Positions 7,471 to 17,926 are shown, numbered from the stretch's first letter. The stretch is DNA of 20,000 nucleotides from a bacterium (GCA_046331705.1 JAXLQJ010000035.1:60474-80473), one strand, 5' to 3'. Notes: a model not told the origin generated them from the letters alone. A program made the numbers and translations.

Positions 7471-8961
7471 TCAGAAGAGCCGTCGTTGGCGCCCGGCGTC
7501 CGGCGCGTAGCGCGCCACGTAGCCCTTCACGCGGACCTTGCGCGCGGTGTTCTCGGAGCTCATGTAACGCACCGTACCGAAGATCGGGCGCTCGGGCCCC
7601 CACGGGCGGTCGTAGCGTCCGAGCGTCCAGAAGATGCCCGAGTAGGAGTTCGGGTTGCGGCCGTCGAGCGCGTACTTGTTGTTGAGCTCGATCATCGTGG
7701 CGAGCGCCACGCGCGGGGACTCCGACCACTCGAGGATCTTCTTGCCCCACAGCATCCGCAAGTAGTTGTGGATCCTGCCCTCGCGGACGAGCTGCGTCTG
7801 CGCCGCGTTCCAGAGCGGATCGTGGGTGCGCGCGCACTCGAAGTCGTCGAGCGCGTAACGGTGCGGCCGCGGGTCGCCGGCATGTTCGCCGAGCGTCCGC
7901 TGCGCCCACTCCGGCAAGGACTCGTAGCGATCGTAATCGGACCGGTTCCAGCAGAAGTTGTAGCCGAGCTCGCGCCAGGTGATCACCTGGTCCAGGAAGC
8001 CTTCGGCCGCGGCACTCGTTCCCCACCAGCCCGCACGGCTGCCATCGGCGCGGCTCGCGAGTCGATCGGGGCTCCAGCGCTCGGCGCCGGCGATCGCGGT
8101 GAACACGTCGTGCGCCGACAGATGACCGAAGTGAAGGTAGGCCGAGAGCCCGCTGGTGACGCTTTGCTCCGGCTCGTTGCGCGCGTCCCCGTACCGGCTC
8201 AGGCACTCGGCCACGAATCGCTCGAGCGCCGTCTCCGCCGCACCGCTACCGCCCAGGGTCGGTGCGATCGGCACGGAGTGATCGATCGGCAGACGCGCGA
8301 GCGCCGCGGCGTCGCGCAGCGCCTCGAGGTCGGCTCGCGGCCAGCGCGCGACGACGCGCGCCGGCAGGCCCGCGAGGCGCGGCAGATCGCGCCCGGCGAA
8401 CGGGTCGCGTCGCGGCCGATCCGCGAGCCATTTCGGAAGCTGCTTCTGCAAGAAGCGTCGGAACGCGTACGCCGTGGGAAACGCCTGAGGCGCCGCGGCG
8501 AGCGGCAGCAAGCCGTTTCCGTCGACCGCTTCCAGTCGCACCGGCAGCGCTCGGGCGGCCGCCGCGACCATTCGCGGCAGCATGAAGCACGGGAACTCGT
8601 CCGTGACGACCACGGCGGCGTGGCTCGCCAGCGCCGCGAGCAACCCCTTTCCTGCGTCCAGCTCGTCCTCGACGTACGGGTAGTAGGTGAGCGGCGCCGA
8701 CGCCACACGTCGCTCGTTCTCCGCCAGACCGTCGAGGATGAACCGGTGCAAGCGATCGCTGGCCCAGCGATAGCCGACGCGCAACGCCTCGAGCACCACC
8801 AGCGGCTTCCCGAGGTCCGTCGCCCATTCCAGCGCGCGATCGAGGGCGAAGCTCGAATGCACGCGCCGCGTGGCGATCATCCAGTACAGGACGAAATCGC
8901 CGTCGCCGCGCACGGGCGCCTCGTTCGCCACGCGCACCCGGAGCGCGGCCACACGCGTCAC
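7471..8961 (-). CDS. phr: Class II CPD DNA photolyase
   Basis: VLYWM, SGLSAYLHFGHLS, FLDQVITWREL, THDPLWNAAQ, IHNYLRMLWGKKILEW, KYALDGRNPNSY, DRPWGPERPIFGTVRYM. True start is probably GTG 8961, overlapping the upstream TGA (GTGA), not 9078. Confidence 0.95.
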   Translation of the reverse strand: MTRVAALRVRVANEAPVRGDGDFVLYWMIATRRVHSSFALDRALEWATDLGKPLVVLEALRVGYRWASDRLHRFILDGLAENERRVASAPLTYYPYVEDELDAGKGLLAALASHAAVVVTDEFPCFMLPRMVAAAARALPVRLEAVDGNGLLPLAAAPQAFPTAYAFRRFLQKQLPKWLADRPRRDPFAGRDLPRLAGLPARVVARWPRADLEALRDAAALARLPIDHSVPIAPTLGGSGAAETALERFVAECLSRYGDARNEPEQSVTSGLSAYLHFGHLSAHDVFTAIAGAERWSPDRLASRADGSRAGWWGTSAAAEGFLDQVITWRELGYNFCWNRSDYDRYESLPEWAQRTLGEHAGDPRPHRYALDDFECARTHDPLWNAAQTQLVREGRIHNYLRMLWGKKILEWSESPRVALATMIELNNKYALDGRNPNSYSGIFWTLGRYDRPWGPERPIFGTVRYMSSENTARKVRVKGYVARYAPDAGRQRRLF

Positions 8962-9674
8962 GGGTGGATGATGACCGGCGTGCCTTCCGGCGCGCGCTCG
9001 GCGAGGAACTCGATCTGATCGTCGGCGAGCGCGATGCAGCCGTAGGTCCAGTTGATGCTCACCGAGTCGCCCTTCCATCGGTCGCCCTCGCCGTGGAAGC
9101 CGACGTGCCCGCCGAGCGGGGTGTCCTGCGGCGGCAGCCGCCCGTCATCGAGGGCGCTCACGATCGACGAGTACGTGCTCTCGTCGATGACGCCGAGCGC
9201 AAGCCCCAGCTCGGCGTCGGCGCGCGACGGGTAGTCGATGGGGATGAAGAGATGGAAGCGGCGGCTCGGGCGCGCCGGCCCGGCGACATGGTAATAACCC
9301 TCGGGTGTGCGGTTGTCGCGCCCCATGCGCTTGGGGCCGTCCTCCTCGCGCCCGACCGCGACTTGCATGGCGGTGCCGCCGCCCAGCGCGCAGTGCGCCA
9401 CCAGCGTGCGATAGCCCTTCCAGACCTCGATGCGGCTCAAGCGGTCGCAGGCCGTCGATTCCTCGCGCAAACGGCGCCAGGAGGCCTCGGTGTCGGGCGC
9501 GCCGAGCTCCACCACCTGGACGTCGCTCGGTCGCTCGTCGCGCGAGGCGGGTGCCAGCGGCGCCACGTGAGCTTCCGAGCAGGCGCCGAGCAGCAACGCA
9601 CCGAGCGCCATGGCCCAGGCTCGCGCGCGGGACGGGCCGTGCGCGCGCGGGATCGTCGCAGCCGAGTCGATCAT
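8958..9674 (-). CDS. YkuD-domain L,D-transpeptidase-family lipoprotein (YafK/DpaA-like subgroup)
   Basis: Lipobox LLGAC, GPKRMGRDNRTPEGYY, FHLFIPIDYP, LGGHVGFHG...WTYGCIAL (His/Cys catalytic motif). ATG at 9674 with TATAAT 12 nt upstream. Confidence 0.88.
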   Translation of the reverse strand: MIDSAATIPRAHGPSRARAWAMALGALLLGACSEAHVAPLAPASRDERPSDVQVVELGAPDTEASWRRLREESTACDRLSRIEVWKGYRTLVAHCALGGGTAMQVAVGREEDGPKRMGRDNRTPEGYYHVAGPARPSRRFHLFIPIDYPSRADAELGLALGVIDESTYSSIVSALDDGRLPPQDTPLGGHVGFHGEGDRWKGDSVSINWTYGCIALADDQIEFLAERAPEGTPVIIHP

Positions 9675-9728
9675 GGCGAAGCGCCGATTATAGTTGACGA
9701 CTCCCCCCATCGATCGCACCTTGTCGAC

Positions 9729-10772
9729 ATGTCGTCGCTCATCACTTCACGCCATCCGAATCGCTCGTCCGCGCTCGCGCCACTCGCGCTCGCGCTCGTC
9801 GCCGTCGCCGCGCTGGCGCCCGGCGCCGCGCGCGCCCAAGCCGTCGGCCCGCTTCGGCCGATCCTCGGGCAACCCCAGACCACGGTGGTCCAGCCCGAGG
9901 ACTCGCTGATCGACATCGCGTACCGCTTCCGTCTCGGCTACAGCGCCGTGGAAGCCCTGAACCCCGGGGTCGACGTGTGGCTGCCCAAGCCTGGCACGCT
10001 GATCCGGCTGCCCACGGTGATGATCCTCCCGCGGACCGAGCCGCTGGGGCTCGTCATCAACGTCCCCGAGATGCGGCTCTACGACTTCACCGTCAAGGGC
10101 TTGCCGGAGGTCTTCGCGATCGCCATCGGCGACGAGGTGGACAACTCGCTGATGGGCGAGTTCAAGGTCGGCAACAAGCGCACCAACCCGACCTGGTACG
10201 TGCCGGCCTCCATTCGCCAGGAAAAGCCGGAGCTTCCCGCGCAGGTCCCGCCCGGCCCGGACAACCCGCTGGGCGATCGGTGGATGAACATCGGCGTCAC
10301 GAGCTACGGCATCCACGGCACGAACACGCCCTACTCCATCGGGCGCCTCGCCACCCACGGGTGCGTCCGGCTCTACAACGACGAGATGCGGCGGCTCTTC
10401 GATCGCACCGCCAGCGGCACCCGGCTCAAGCTCGTCTACCAGAGCATCAAGCTGGGACGACGCGGAAATGGGCTCTACGTCGAGGCCTATCCGGACGTCT
10501 ACAACCGCGAGCCCAACCGGCTCGGCGAGTTGATGATGACCCTGAGCGAGCTGGGCCTCGCGAGCTACGTCGACGCCGAGCTCGTCCAGCAGGTCGTCAA
10601 GGACGGGATCGGTTATCCGATCCAGGTCGGCACCGTGCCGCAGACCGTGCTCGACGCCGCGGATACCCCGCCGAAGCCGATCGCTCCCGCCGTGCGCGAG
10701 CCCACGCGCCGGAAGCCCGCTCCCGCGCGGGCACGGCCCGCCGCCCGACCGGCGGCACCGCGACGAAGCTGA
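9729..10772 (+). CDS. L,D-transpeptidase, ErfK/YbiS/YcfS/YnhG type, with LysM-like domain
   Basis: Signal peptide (ARA/Q), DSLIDIAYRF..LNPGVDVWLP, VINVPEMRLY, NPTWYVP, PGPDNPLG, YGIHGTN..IG..THGCVRL, and a Pro/Ala/Arg-rich tail. Start is ATG 9729. Confidence 0.95.
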   Translation: MSSLITSRHPNRSSALAPLALALVAVAALAPGAARAQAVGPLRPILGQPQTTVVQPEDSLIDIAYRFRLGYSAVEALNPGVDVWLPKPGTLIRLPTVMILPRTEPLGLVINVPEMRLYDFTVKGLPEVFAIAIGDEVDNSLMGEFKVGNKRTNPTWYVPASIRQEKPELPAQVPPGPDNPLGDRWMNIGVTSYGIHGTNTPYSIGRLATHGCVRLYNDEMRRLFDRTASGTRLKLVYQSIKLGRRGNGLYVEAYPDVYNREPNRLGELMMTLSELGLASYVDAELVQQVVKDGIGYPIQVGTVPQTVLDAADTPPKPIAPAVREPTRRKPAPARARPAARPAAPRRS

Positions 10773-10856
10773 TCCAGCGCACGCTGAACCGCACGCTGCG
10801 CGAGGCCCTTAAGCCACGCCCGCGCAAGGCGTGCTCCAAACGCGCGCGCCACCAGC

Positions 10857-10892
10857 AAAAACACCCGCCCCGGGCATGGCCCGGGACGGGTG
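10857..10892 (-). terminator. Rho-independent terminator of the lipoprotein gene
   Basis: On the minus strand: CACCCGTCCCGGGC-CAT-GCCCGGGGCGGGTG followed by TTTTT, about 60 nt after the stop at 10950. Confidence 0.8.
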
Positions 10893-10949
10893 CTTCACGA
10901 CTGCGCGGTGATCGGGACGCGAGCCCCGAATCCGCCGTCGAGGCGTTTC

Positions 10950-11222
10950 TTACTTGTGAACGCCCTTGCCGAAGGCCTTCTTCGAGACGCTGGACGCGTC
11001 CTCGGCCTTCTGAGCCGCCGCACGAGCGTCGGCAGCCGCCGCGTCGGCGCGCTGAGCCGCCTTCGCCGCGTCCATCGCCGCCTGGTCGACCTTCGACTGC
11101 ATGGCGCCGATCTTCTGATCGAGAGCATCGACCTTCGCCGAAAGCTCGTCGACCTTCTTGCAGCAGCCGCTGAGCGAGACGACCAACGGAACCGCAGCAA
11201 CCATCATGATGACCTTACGCAT
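10950..11222 (-). CDS. Lpp/OprI-like alanine-zipper outer-membrane lipoprotein (90 aa)
   Basis: MRKVIMMVAAVPLVVSLSG/CCKKVDELSAKVDALDQKIGAMQSKVDQAAMDAAKAAQRADAAAADARAAAQKAEDASSVSKKAFGKGVHK: lipobox, heptad coiled coil, Ala zipper, terminal Lys. Strong SD GGAGGA. Confidence 0.88.
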   Translation of the reverse strand: MRKVIMMVAAVPLVVSLSGCCKKVDELSAKVDALDQKIGAMQSKVDQAAMDAAKAAQRADAAAADARAAAQKAEDASSVSKKAFGKGVHK

Positions 11223-11259
11223 GTATTCCTCCCTCGTTTTCAGTGGGTCGAGGCGCGCG

Positions 11260-11288
11260 ATCATAAATGACGCACCTGCACCATGCAA
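11260..11288 (-). promoter_or_regulatory. sigma70-type promoter of the lipoprotein gene
   Basis: Minus strand TTGCAT-N17-TATGAT. Confidence 0.65.
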
Positions 11289-11338
11289 GGGGACTCGCGG
11301 AAAAATCCGTGCCGCCCCCGTGAGTTCTCGACGTCCGC

Positions 11339-13009
11339 TCAGGCTACCCGGTCGACGCGAAACGGACCAAGCGCCAGATGATCGATCCCGCTGGTGGCGA
11401 AGGCGCGGAGCGCGTCGCCCGGCGAGCACACGATGGGCTCCTCGTGGAGATTGAAGCTGGTGTTGAGGACCGTCCCGATGCCGGTGCGCGCGCGATACGC
11501 CGCGAGGATGGCGTGGAAGCCAGGGTTGTCCTGCTCGCTCACCACCTGCGGTCGCGCGGTGCCGTCGCGATGGACCACCGCCGGGCAGGATTGGCGCAGC
11601 CGATCCGCGCACGAGAACGCCACGGTCATGAACCGGGCGGTGCCTCGCGCCTTGGCGAGCCCCGCGTAGAGGGCTTCCGCCTCGTCGGCGAGCGTGGCGG
11701 GGGCGAAGGGCATGAAGCTCGCCCGGTGCAGCGCCGCGTTGAGCCGCTCGGGCAGTCCCGGATCGGTGGCGCCCACGAGGATCGAACGGTTGCCCAGCGC
11801 CCGCGGACCGAGCTCGAGGCGACCTTCGAAACGCGCCACCACCGCGCCGCGTGCGAGCAGCTCCGCGATCTCGTCGGCGGGGTCGTCCATGCGGCGGTAG
11901 CTCGCCCCGGCGCCGCGCAAGGCGTCCTCGATCTCGCGCTCCGAGTAGCCCGGCCCCACGAACACGTGATCCATGCGGAAACCGGCGAGTCTCCCGTTCC
12001 CGCTCAGGATCGCGAGGGCCGCACCCAGCGCGATTCCCTGATCGGTCATCGCCGGCTGGACGTAGAGCTCGCGAACCGACGCCTCCTCGACGATCCGCCG
12101 GTTCACCGCGACGTTGCCGAACACCCCGCCCGCCAGCACCACACGGTCGAGCCCCGTCTCGCGCACCGCACGGAGCACGTACGGCACCAACACGTCCTCG
12201 AGCCGGCGCTGCGCCGCCGCGGCGACGTCCTCGCGGCGGTGACTCTCGAGGGCGCGGTAGAGACGACCGCTACGCCGCTTCTCGGCGAGCGGCGGCAGCA
12301 CGAAGTCCTTCTCGTCGGCGGCCAGTGCGAGCAATGGCTCGACCACGCCGTAGGCCTTGCTCGCATCGCCGAACGCCGCCAGCGCCGTGACCTTGCCCGC
12401 GAGCAGCGGATGGAAGCCCAGCACCTGCGCCACCTCGCCGTAGAACTGCCCGGGCGAGTGGAGCGCGCTCGATCCGTAGAGCCGCTCCACCGTGCCGCCG
12501 CGACACGCGAACACCGACGCCGAGTAGCCGTCGCCGAAGTTGTCGACGGTGACGGCGGTGGCCTCCGCGAATCCCGACGGCACGTAGGCCGACCACGCGT
12601 GCGCGGTGTGGTGGTCCACCAGCGGCACGTCGCGCCGCCTCATCCGATGGTGCGCCAGGCCACGCGCGAGCCGTTCGGTGGCACGCGCCATCGCCCCTCC
12701 TCGAAAGAGCTGGTCCTGGAAGACCAGCATCGCCTTCTGCGAGAGACCGAGAAACGGGTGCTCGTACGTCGGCAGCTTCACGCCGGGAAGGCGCGCGTAG
12801 GCGTGGTAGCGGTTCGCCACCACCACCGCGTCGACGTCTTCGACGCGCACCCCGGTGTGATGCGTGAGCGCGGCGAGCGAGCGCTCGGGAAAGCCGCCCT
12901 GGAAGCGCGTACGCGCGAGACGCTCCTCGGCGACCGCGAACTCCACACCGTGCTCGTTCACGAGCGCCAGGTTCGCGTTCGAGTCCTCGTGGATCGCCAG
13001 CACCCTCAT
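11339..13009 (-). CDS. NodU/CmcH/TobZ-family O-carbamoyltransferase
   Basis: AVAEERLAR, DHHTAHAWSAY, DNFGD, SPGQFY, GKV, LAGGVFGNV, PAMTDQG, ELGPRALGNRSIL, FMPFAP, VHRDGTARPQ, LNTSFNLHEEPIVCSP. Start ATG 13009 overlaps the upstream stop (ATGA). Confidence 0.93.
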   Translation of the reverse strand: MRVLAIHEDSNANLALVNEHGVEFAVAEERLARTRFQGGFPERSLAALTHHTGVRVEDVDAVVVANRYHAYARLPGVKLPTYEHPFLGLSQKAMLVFQDQLFRGGAMARATERLARGLAHHRMRRRDVPLVDHHTAHAWSAYVPSGFAEATAVTVDNFGDGYSASVFACRGGTVERLYGSSALHSPGQFYGEVAQVLGFHPLLAGKVTALAAFGDASKAYGVVEPLLALAADEKDFVLPPLAEKRRSGRLYRALESHRREDVAAAAQRRLEDVLVPYVLRAVRETGLDRVVLAGGVFGNVAVNRRIVEEASVRELYVQPAMTDQGIALGAALAILSGNGRLAGFRMDHVFVGPGYSEREIEDALRGAGASYRRMDDPADEIAELLARGAVVARFEGRLELGPRALGNRSILVGATDPGLPERLNAALHRASFMPFAPATLADEAEALYAGLAKARGTARFMTVAFSCADRLRQSCPAVVHRDGTARPQVVSEQDNPGFHAILAAYRARTGIGTVLNTSFNLHEEPIVCSPGDALRAFATSGIDHLALGPFRVDRVA

Positions 13010-13287
13010 GCGCGCACCGCTGCGCGTCTCGCGCGCACGCGCAGCCACGTGGCACACGCCGCGTTCACGGCGGTGGCGACGCCGAACGCGAGCTCGAGCG
13101 AAACGATGGTGCGCAACACCAGCGCCGCGCCGAAGAGCACCACCGGCATCCCGTAGAAACCGAGCGCCACGCCCACCACGGCGCGCACGAACGGGTCGGC
13201 GCGCGGCAGCACCAGGCGCGTGAAGAGCGCGCCCGGCAGCCACACCACGTAGACGGCAACGGCGACGGCCGTGAGGAACGTGAGCAT
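13006..13287 (-). CDS. Small hypothetical membrane protein (~3 TM)
   Basis: 93 aa with three hydrophobic segments and a WLPG motif, translationally coupled to the carbamoyltransferase. Confidence 0.7.
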   Translation of the reverse strand: MLTFLTAVAVAVYVVWLPGALFTRLVLPRADPFVRAVVGVALGFYGMPVVLFGAALVLRTIVSLELAFGVATAVNAACATWLRVRARRAAVRA

Positions 13288-13373
13288 CGATGCCGCACGG
13301 TCGCGAGACGGGGGCGCGATCGTATCACCGCGCCCGCCAGCCGGCGGGAACGCTGCCGAGGACGCGGCGGCGC

Positions 13374-14561
13374 TCAGCTGCGCGATACCACCTCGAACAC
13401 GATGCCTGCCGTCCGCAGGCGCTCGATCAGCCGATCGCCCATCGCGACCGCCGTGGTGAGCACTCCCGCGCGCTCCGGCAGCCGCTCGCGATCGAACGCC
13501 AGACAGAGCGCCGACTCGGCGAGCATCTTCGAGGTCTCGCCGTAGCCCGGATCGCCGCCGCGCACCTCGGTCACGACCCGCCGCTCACCGGCGCTCCCGT
13601 GGAAGCGCACCCGGAAATGCGCCTTCGCCCGTTCCTCGGCGCTCGGCCCCGCCCCCGACGGCCGCAGCCGCAAGAGCGCGCGCCGCGCCGGCCCGATCTG
13701 CGCGAGCGCCACCAGCGCACCGATCCCCACCACCCCGCCGACGACCGTGCCGAGCGAGCGCACCTCGGCGAAGTGGCCGTACTGGAAGTCCGGGCCGTAC
13801 TCGGGCAGCGCTCGCGCCGAGCGGATGACGATCTGCGGATCGATGGTGGGCAGCGGGCAAGCCCAGGCGCCGAGCTCCTTCTCGAAGTGGAGTCGTTGCG
13901 GCGCGGGGCGAACCTTGCGACCGTCGCCAGCGGAGCGGCGGCCGCGCTTGGCGAGCCGGCGCCGGAAGTACGGTCCGGCGTCCGCGAACGCACCGAGCGC
14001 GGAGGCCCAGGTGCCACCGGAAAAGCTGCCGCCGCCGCGCACGAAGCCCTCCACGACGATCGGCTGATCCGCGGGAAGCTGCTTCACCGTGAAGTACGCA
14101 CCGAGATCGTGCGGGATGCTGTCGAAGCCACAGCAGTGGACGATGCGCGCGCCGCTTCGTCGTGCGGTCTCGTCGTAGCGTTCGAGCATGCGATCCACGA
14201 ACTCGGGCTCGCCGGTGAGATCGACGTAATCCGTGCCGACCCGCGCGCACGCCGCCACCAGCGGCTCGCCGAAGCGCGCGTATGGCCCCACCGTCGTGAT
14301 CACGACGCGGGTGGCCCGCGCCAGCGCATCGAGCGAGTCGGCGGAGTCGGCGTTCGCCTCGAGCACGCCGACCGACTCCGCCTTGCGGTCGAAGGCGAGC
14401 AATCCGCGCTTCACGGCGTCGAGCTTGTCGCGATTGCGCCCGGCGATCGCCCAGCGCAGCTTGGTCGCCGCCATGTGACTCGCCAGATACTCGGCCGTGA
14501 GCCGACCGGTGAAGCCGGTCGCACCGTAGAGCACCACGTCGTAGCCGCGCTTGGTCGCCAT
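13374..14561 (-). CDS. Saccharopine dehydrogenase-like oxidoreductase / trans-acting enoyl reductase family
   Basis: YDVVLYGATGFTG, WAIAGRN, TTVGPY..GEP, YVDLTGE, CGFDSIPHDLG, SGGT, GDPGYGETSKML. ATG 14561 with GGAGG SD. Confidence 0.93.
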   Translation of the reverse strand: MATKRGYDVVLYGATGFTGRLTAEYLASHMAATKLRWAIAGRNRDKLDAVKRGLLAFDRKAESVGVLEANADSADSLDALARATRVVITTVGPYARFGEPLVAACARVGTDYVDLTGEPEFVDRMLERYDETARRSGARIVHCCGFDSIPHDLGAYFTVKQLPADQPIVVEGFVRGGGSFSGGTWASALGAFADAGPYFRRRLAKRGRRSAGDGRKVRPAPQRLHFEKELGAWACPLPTIDPQIVIRSARALPEYGPDFQYGHFAEVRSLGTVVGGVVGIGALVALAQIGPARRALLRLRPSGAGPSAEERAKAHFRVRFHGSAGERRVVTEVRGGDPGYGETSKMLAESALCLAFDRERLPERAGVLTTAVAMGDRLIERLRTAGIVFEVVSRS

Positions 14562-14718
14562 CGAGCCTCCGCGCTCCTCGCTGCAGCGAGAAGTCGCGCG
14601 AGAGCCTAGCAACAATTCGCAACGGCTCGGACGAGGCGGGAAGCGACGCAATCGTTTCGCGACGCGCCCGAGCCCGCTGGCGATCCTCGCGCGCGCTCGA
14701 CGGGTATCCTCCGCGCCC

Positions 14719-15843
14719 GTGCCCTTCACGTTTCCGCTCGATCCGGCAGCGCTCTTTGCCGAGCGCTCGCGCCAGTTTCGCGGTTGGGGAATCCCCGCCG
14801 GGACGATCGAACGCGTGCGCTCACGCATCGATGACGCCTGGCGCGACGGCCCGGGCGGCTGGACCACAGAGTGGTCGCGCGCGGCCGAGGCCGCCGAGCG
14901 CCGCGGGAAACTGCTGCTCGCAGCCGCGTGTCACGGCGCCGCCAAGTTCCCGAGCCTCGTCACCCCGTCGCGACGGGACGCGTATCGGCGCCAGCTCCAG
15001 TGCTATCTCGCGGCGGCGCCCGCGTTTCCGTGCGCGTTCGAGCGACGCTCGATCGAGATCCGCGCGCGAGGCGCGAGCCTCGCGGTCGCGACGCACGTGT
15101 TCGCCCCGCGCGCAAGCGCCGGCGCCGACACGCCGCTCGTGGTGCTCTCCGGCGGCGTCGACACCTGGAAAGTCGAGCTCCACCGGATCGCGCTGCTGCT
15201 CGTGCGCATGGGTGGATTTCGGGTTGCCGCGATCGACATGCCGGGAACCGGCGAATCCACGATCCCGCTCGCGCCGGATGCGGATGCCGTGTACGCCGGT
15301 GTGGTGGCCGCGTTGCGCGGCCCGCGGACGCGCACGGCGGCGTTTGGCATCAGCGCCGGCGGCCCATGGGCGGCGAAGCTCGCGCTCATGGGCGCGGTGG
15401 ACGCGGGCGTGGATCTCGGCGGACCCGTGGGCGCGACGGCTCGCGACGGCGCATCGTTGCTACGGATGCCGAACGGCATGCCGGGCATCGTCGCCAACGC
15501 ATGCGGCCTCGACGCGCTGCCGCCGCCCGAGAAAGCCGAGCGCCTCCTCGACACCTTCTCGTTACGCACGCAGGGGCTGCTCACGCCGCGACCGACGAAC
15601 CCGCTGCTCGCGATCAACGGCACGGACGACGCCTACGTACCCGCCGCCGATCTCGCTGTCTTCCGCGCCTTCCCGAACGCCACCGTGTGGGCGATCGCAG
15701 GCGCCACCCACTGCGCCGCCGAGCGAATCGTCTCCGTGCTGCTCGCCGCGACGGCGTGGCTCCGCGTGCAGCTCCACGGCGCCCATCCGCTCGATCGCCT
15801 GCTGCTGACCACGATCACCCGCCTCGTCCTCCACCCGCGCTGA
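14719..15843 (+). CDS. Alpha/beta hydrolase, FrsA/DUF1100-like esterase
   Basis: AAKFP, SGGVDTWK, IDMPGTGES, nucleophile GISAGG, INGTDD, ATHC. Likely GTG start at 14719. Confidence 0.85.
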   Translation: MPFTFPLDPAALFAERSRQFRGWGIPAGTIERVRSRIDDAWRDGPGGWTTEWSRAAEAAERRGKLLLAAACHGAAKFPSLVTPSRRDAYRRQLQCYLAAAPAFPCAFERRSIEIRARGASLAVATHVFAPRASAGADTPLVVLSGGVDTWKVELHRIALLLVRMGGFRVAAIDMPGTGESTIPLAPDADAVYAGVVAALRGPRTRTAAFGISAGGPWAAKLALMGAVDAGVDLGGPVGATARDGASLLRMPNGMPGIVANACGLDALPPPEKAERLLDTFSLRTQGLLTPRPTNPLLAINGTDDAYVPAADLAVFRAFPNATVWAIAGATHCAAERIVSVLLAATAWLRVQLHGAHPLDRLLLTTITRLVLHPR

Positions 15844-15961
15844 TCACGGCGCACCCACGTCGTCGGGATGAGCCGAACGATGTGCGCGCCGGCCCAAGAC
15901 CGGCCGCGAACGCGGCAACGGCTCGCCGAGGGCGAGCGCGGGAACGTCGCCGAAGCCCCAC

Positions 15962-17503
<1,542 letters not shown>

Positions 17504-17909
17504 GGTTCATTCCCCTCGCGTCCCGCGGGATGGCGGCGGCGCGGATCGGGCCGGACGCACGGCGCTTCGGATCCGACTCCAACAGTACGATGCCGCGCGC
17601 GACCCGGTTCACCAACCCGCACGCTCGGCGACCGCGCCGGCCCCGCCCGCCAGCAGTGTACGCGCTCAGGCCAGGCCCAGGACAGCGCGACGTCACGAGC
17701 TGGTCAGGACACGACCTCGCCCGGTGCCTGCCAACCACCGCTGGCGCCAACCGCTGCCGCCGGATGCACGGCACCCCTGCGATCACGCGACTGTCGCGGA
17801 TTGTCCGAGCCCACGGTCACGACAGGAATCCGCGTGACCATGACGAAATGCGATTCGGCGGCGGGCGTTGCACCGTTCGCGTGGGGCAGAAAATGTCTCC
17901 CACCGTCGC

Positions 17910-17926
17910 TTGGCACGGCGCTCGCT
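17910..17926 (+). promoter_or_regulatory. sigma54 (-24/-12) promoter upstream of the FHA-GGDEF gene
   Basis: TTGGCACGGCGCTCGCT: GG(17912-13)-N10-GC(17924-25). Predicted TSS about 17937. Confidence 0.7.

Noticed and set aside
8964-9728. N-terminal 255-aa extension of the 602-aa + ORF
   Set aside because: Antisense to the YkuD lipoprotein gene. The signal peptide starts at ATG 9729.
17504-17780. Possible hidden gene or ncRNA in the long DUF362/GGDEF intergenic region
   Set aside because: No convincing coding signature, long stem or terminator. Best explained as divergent promoter and enhancer space.
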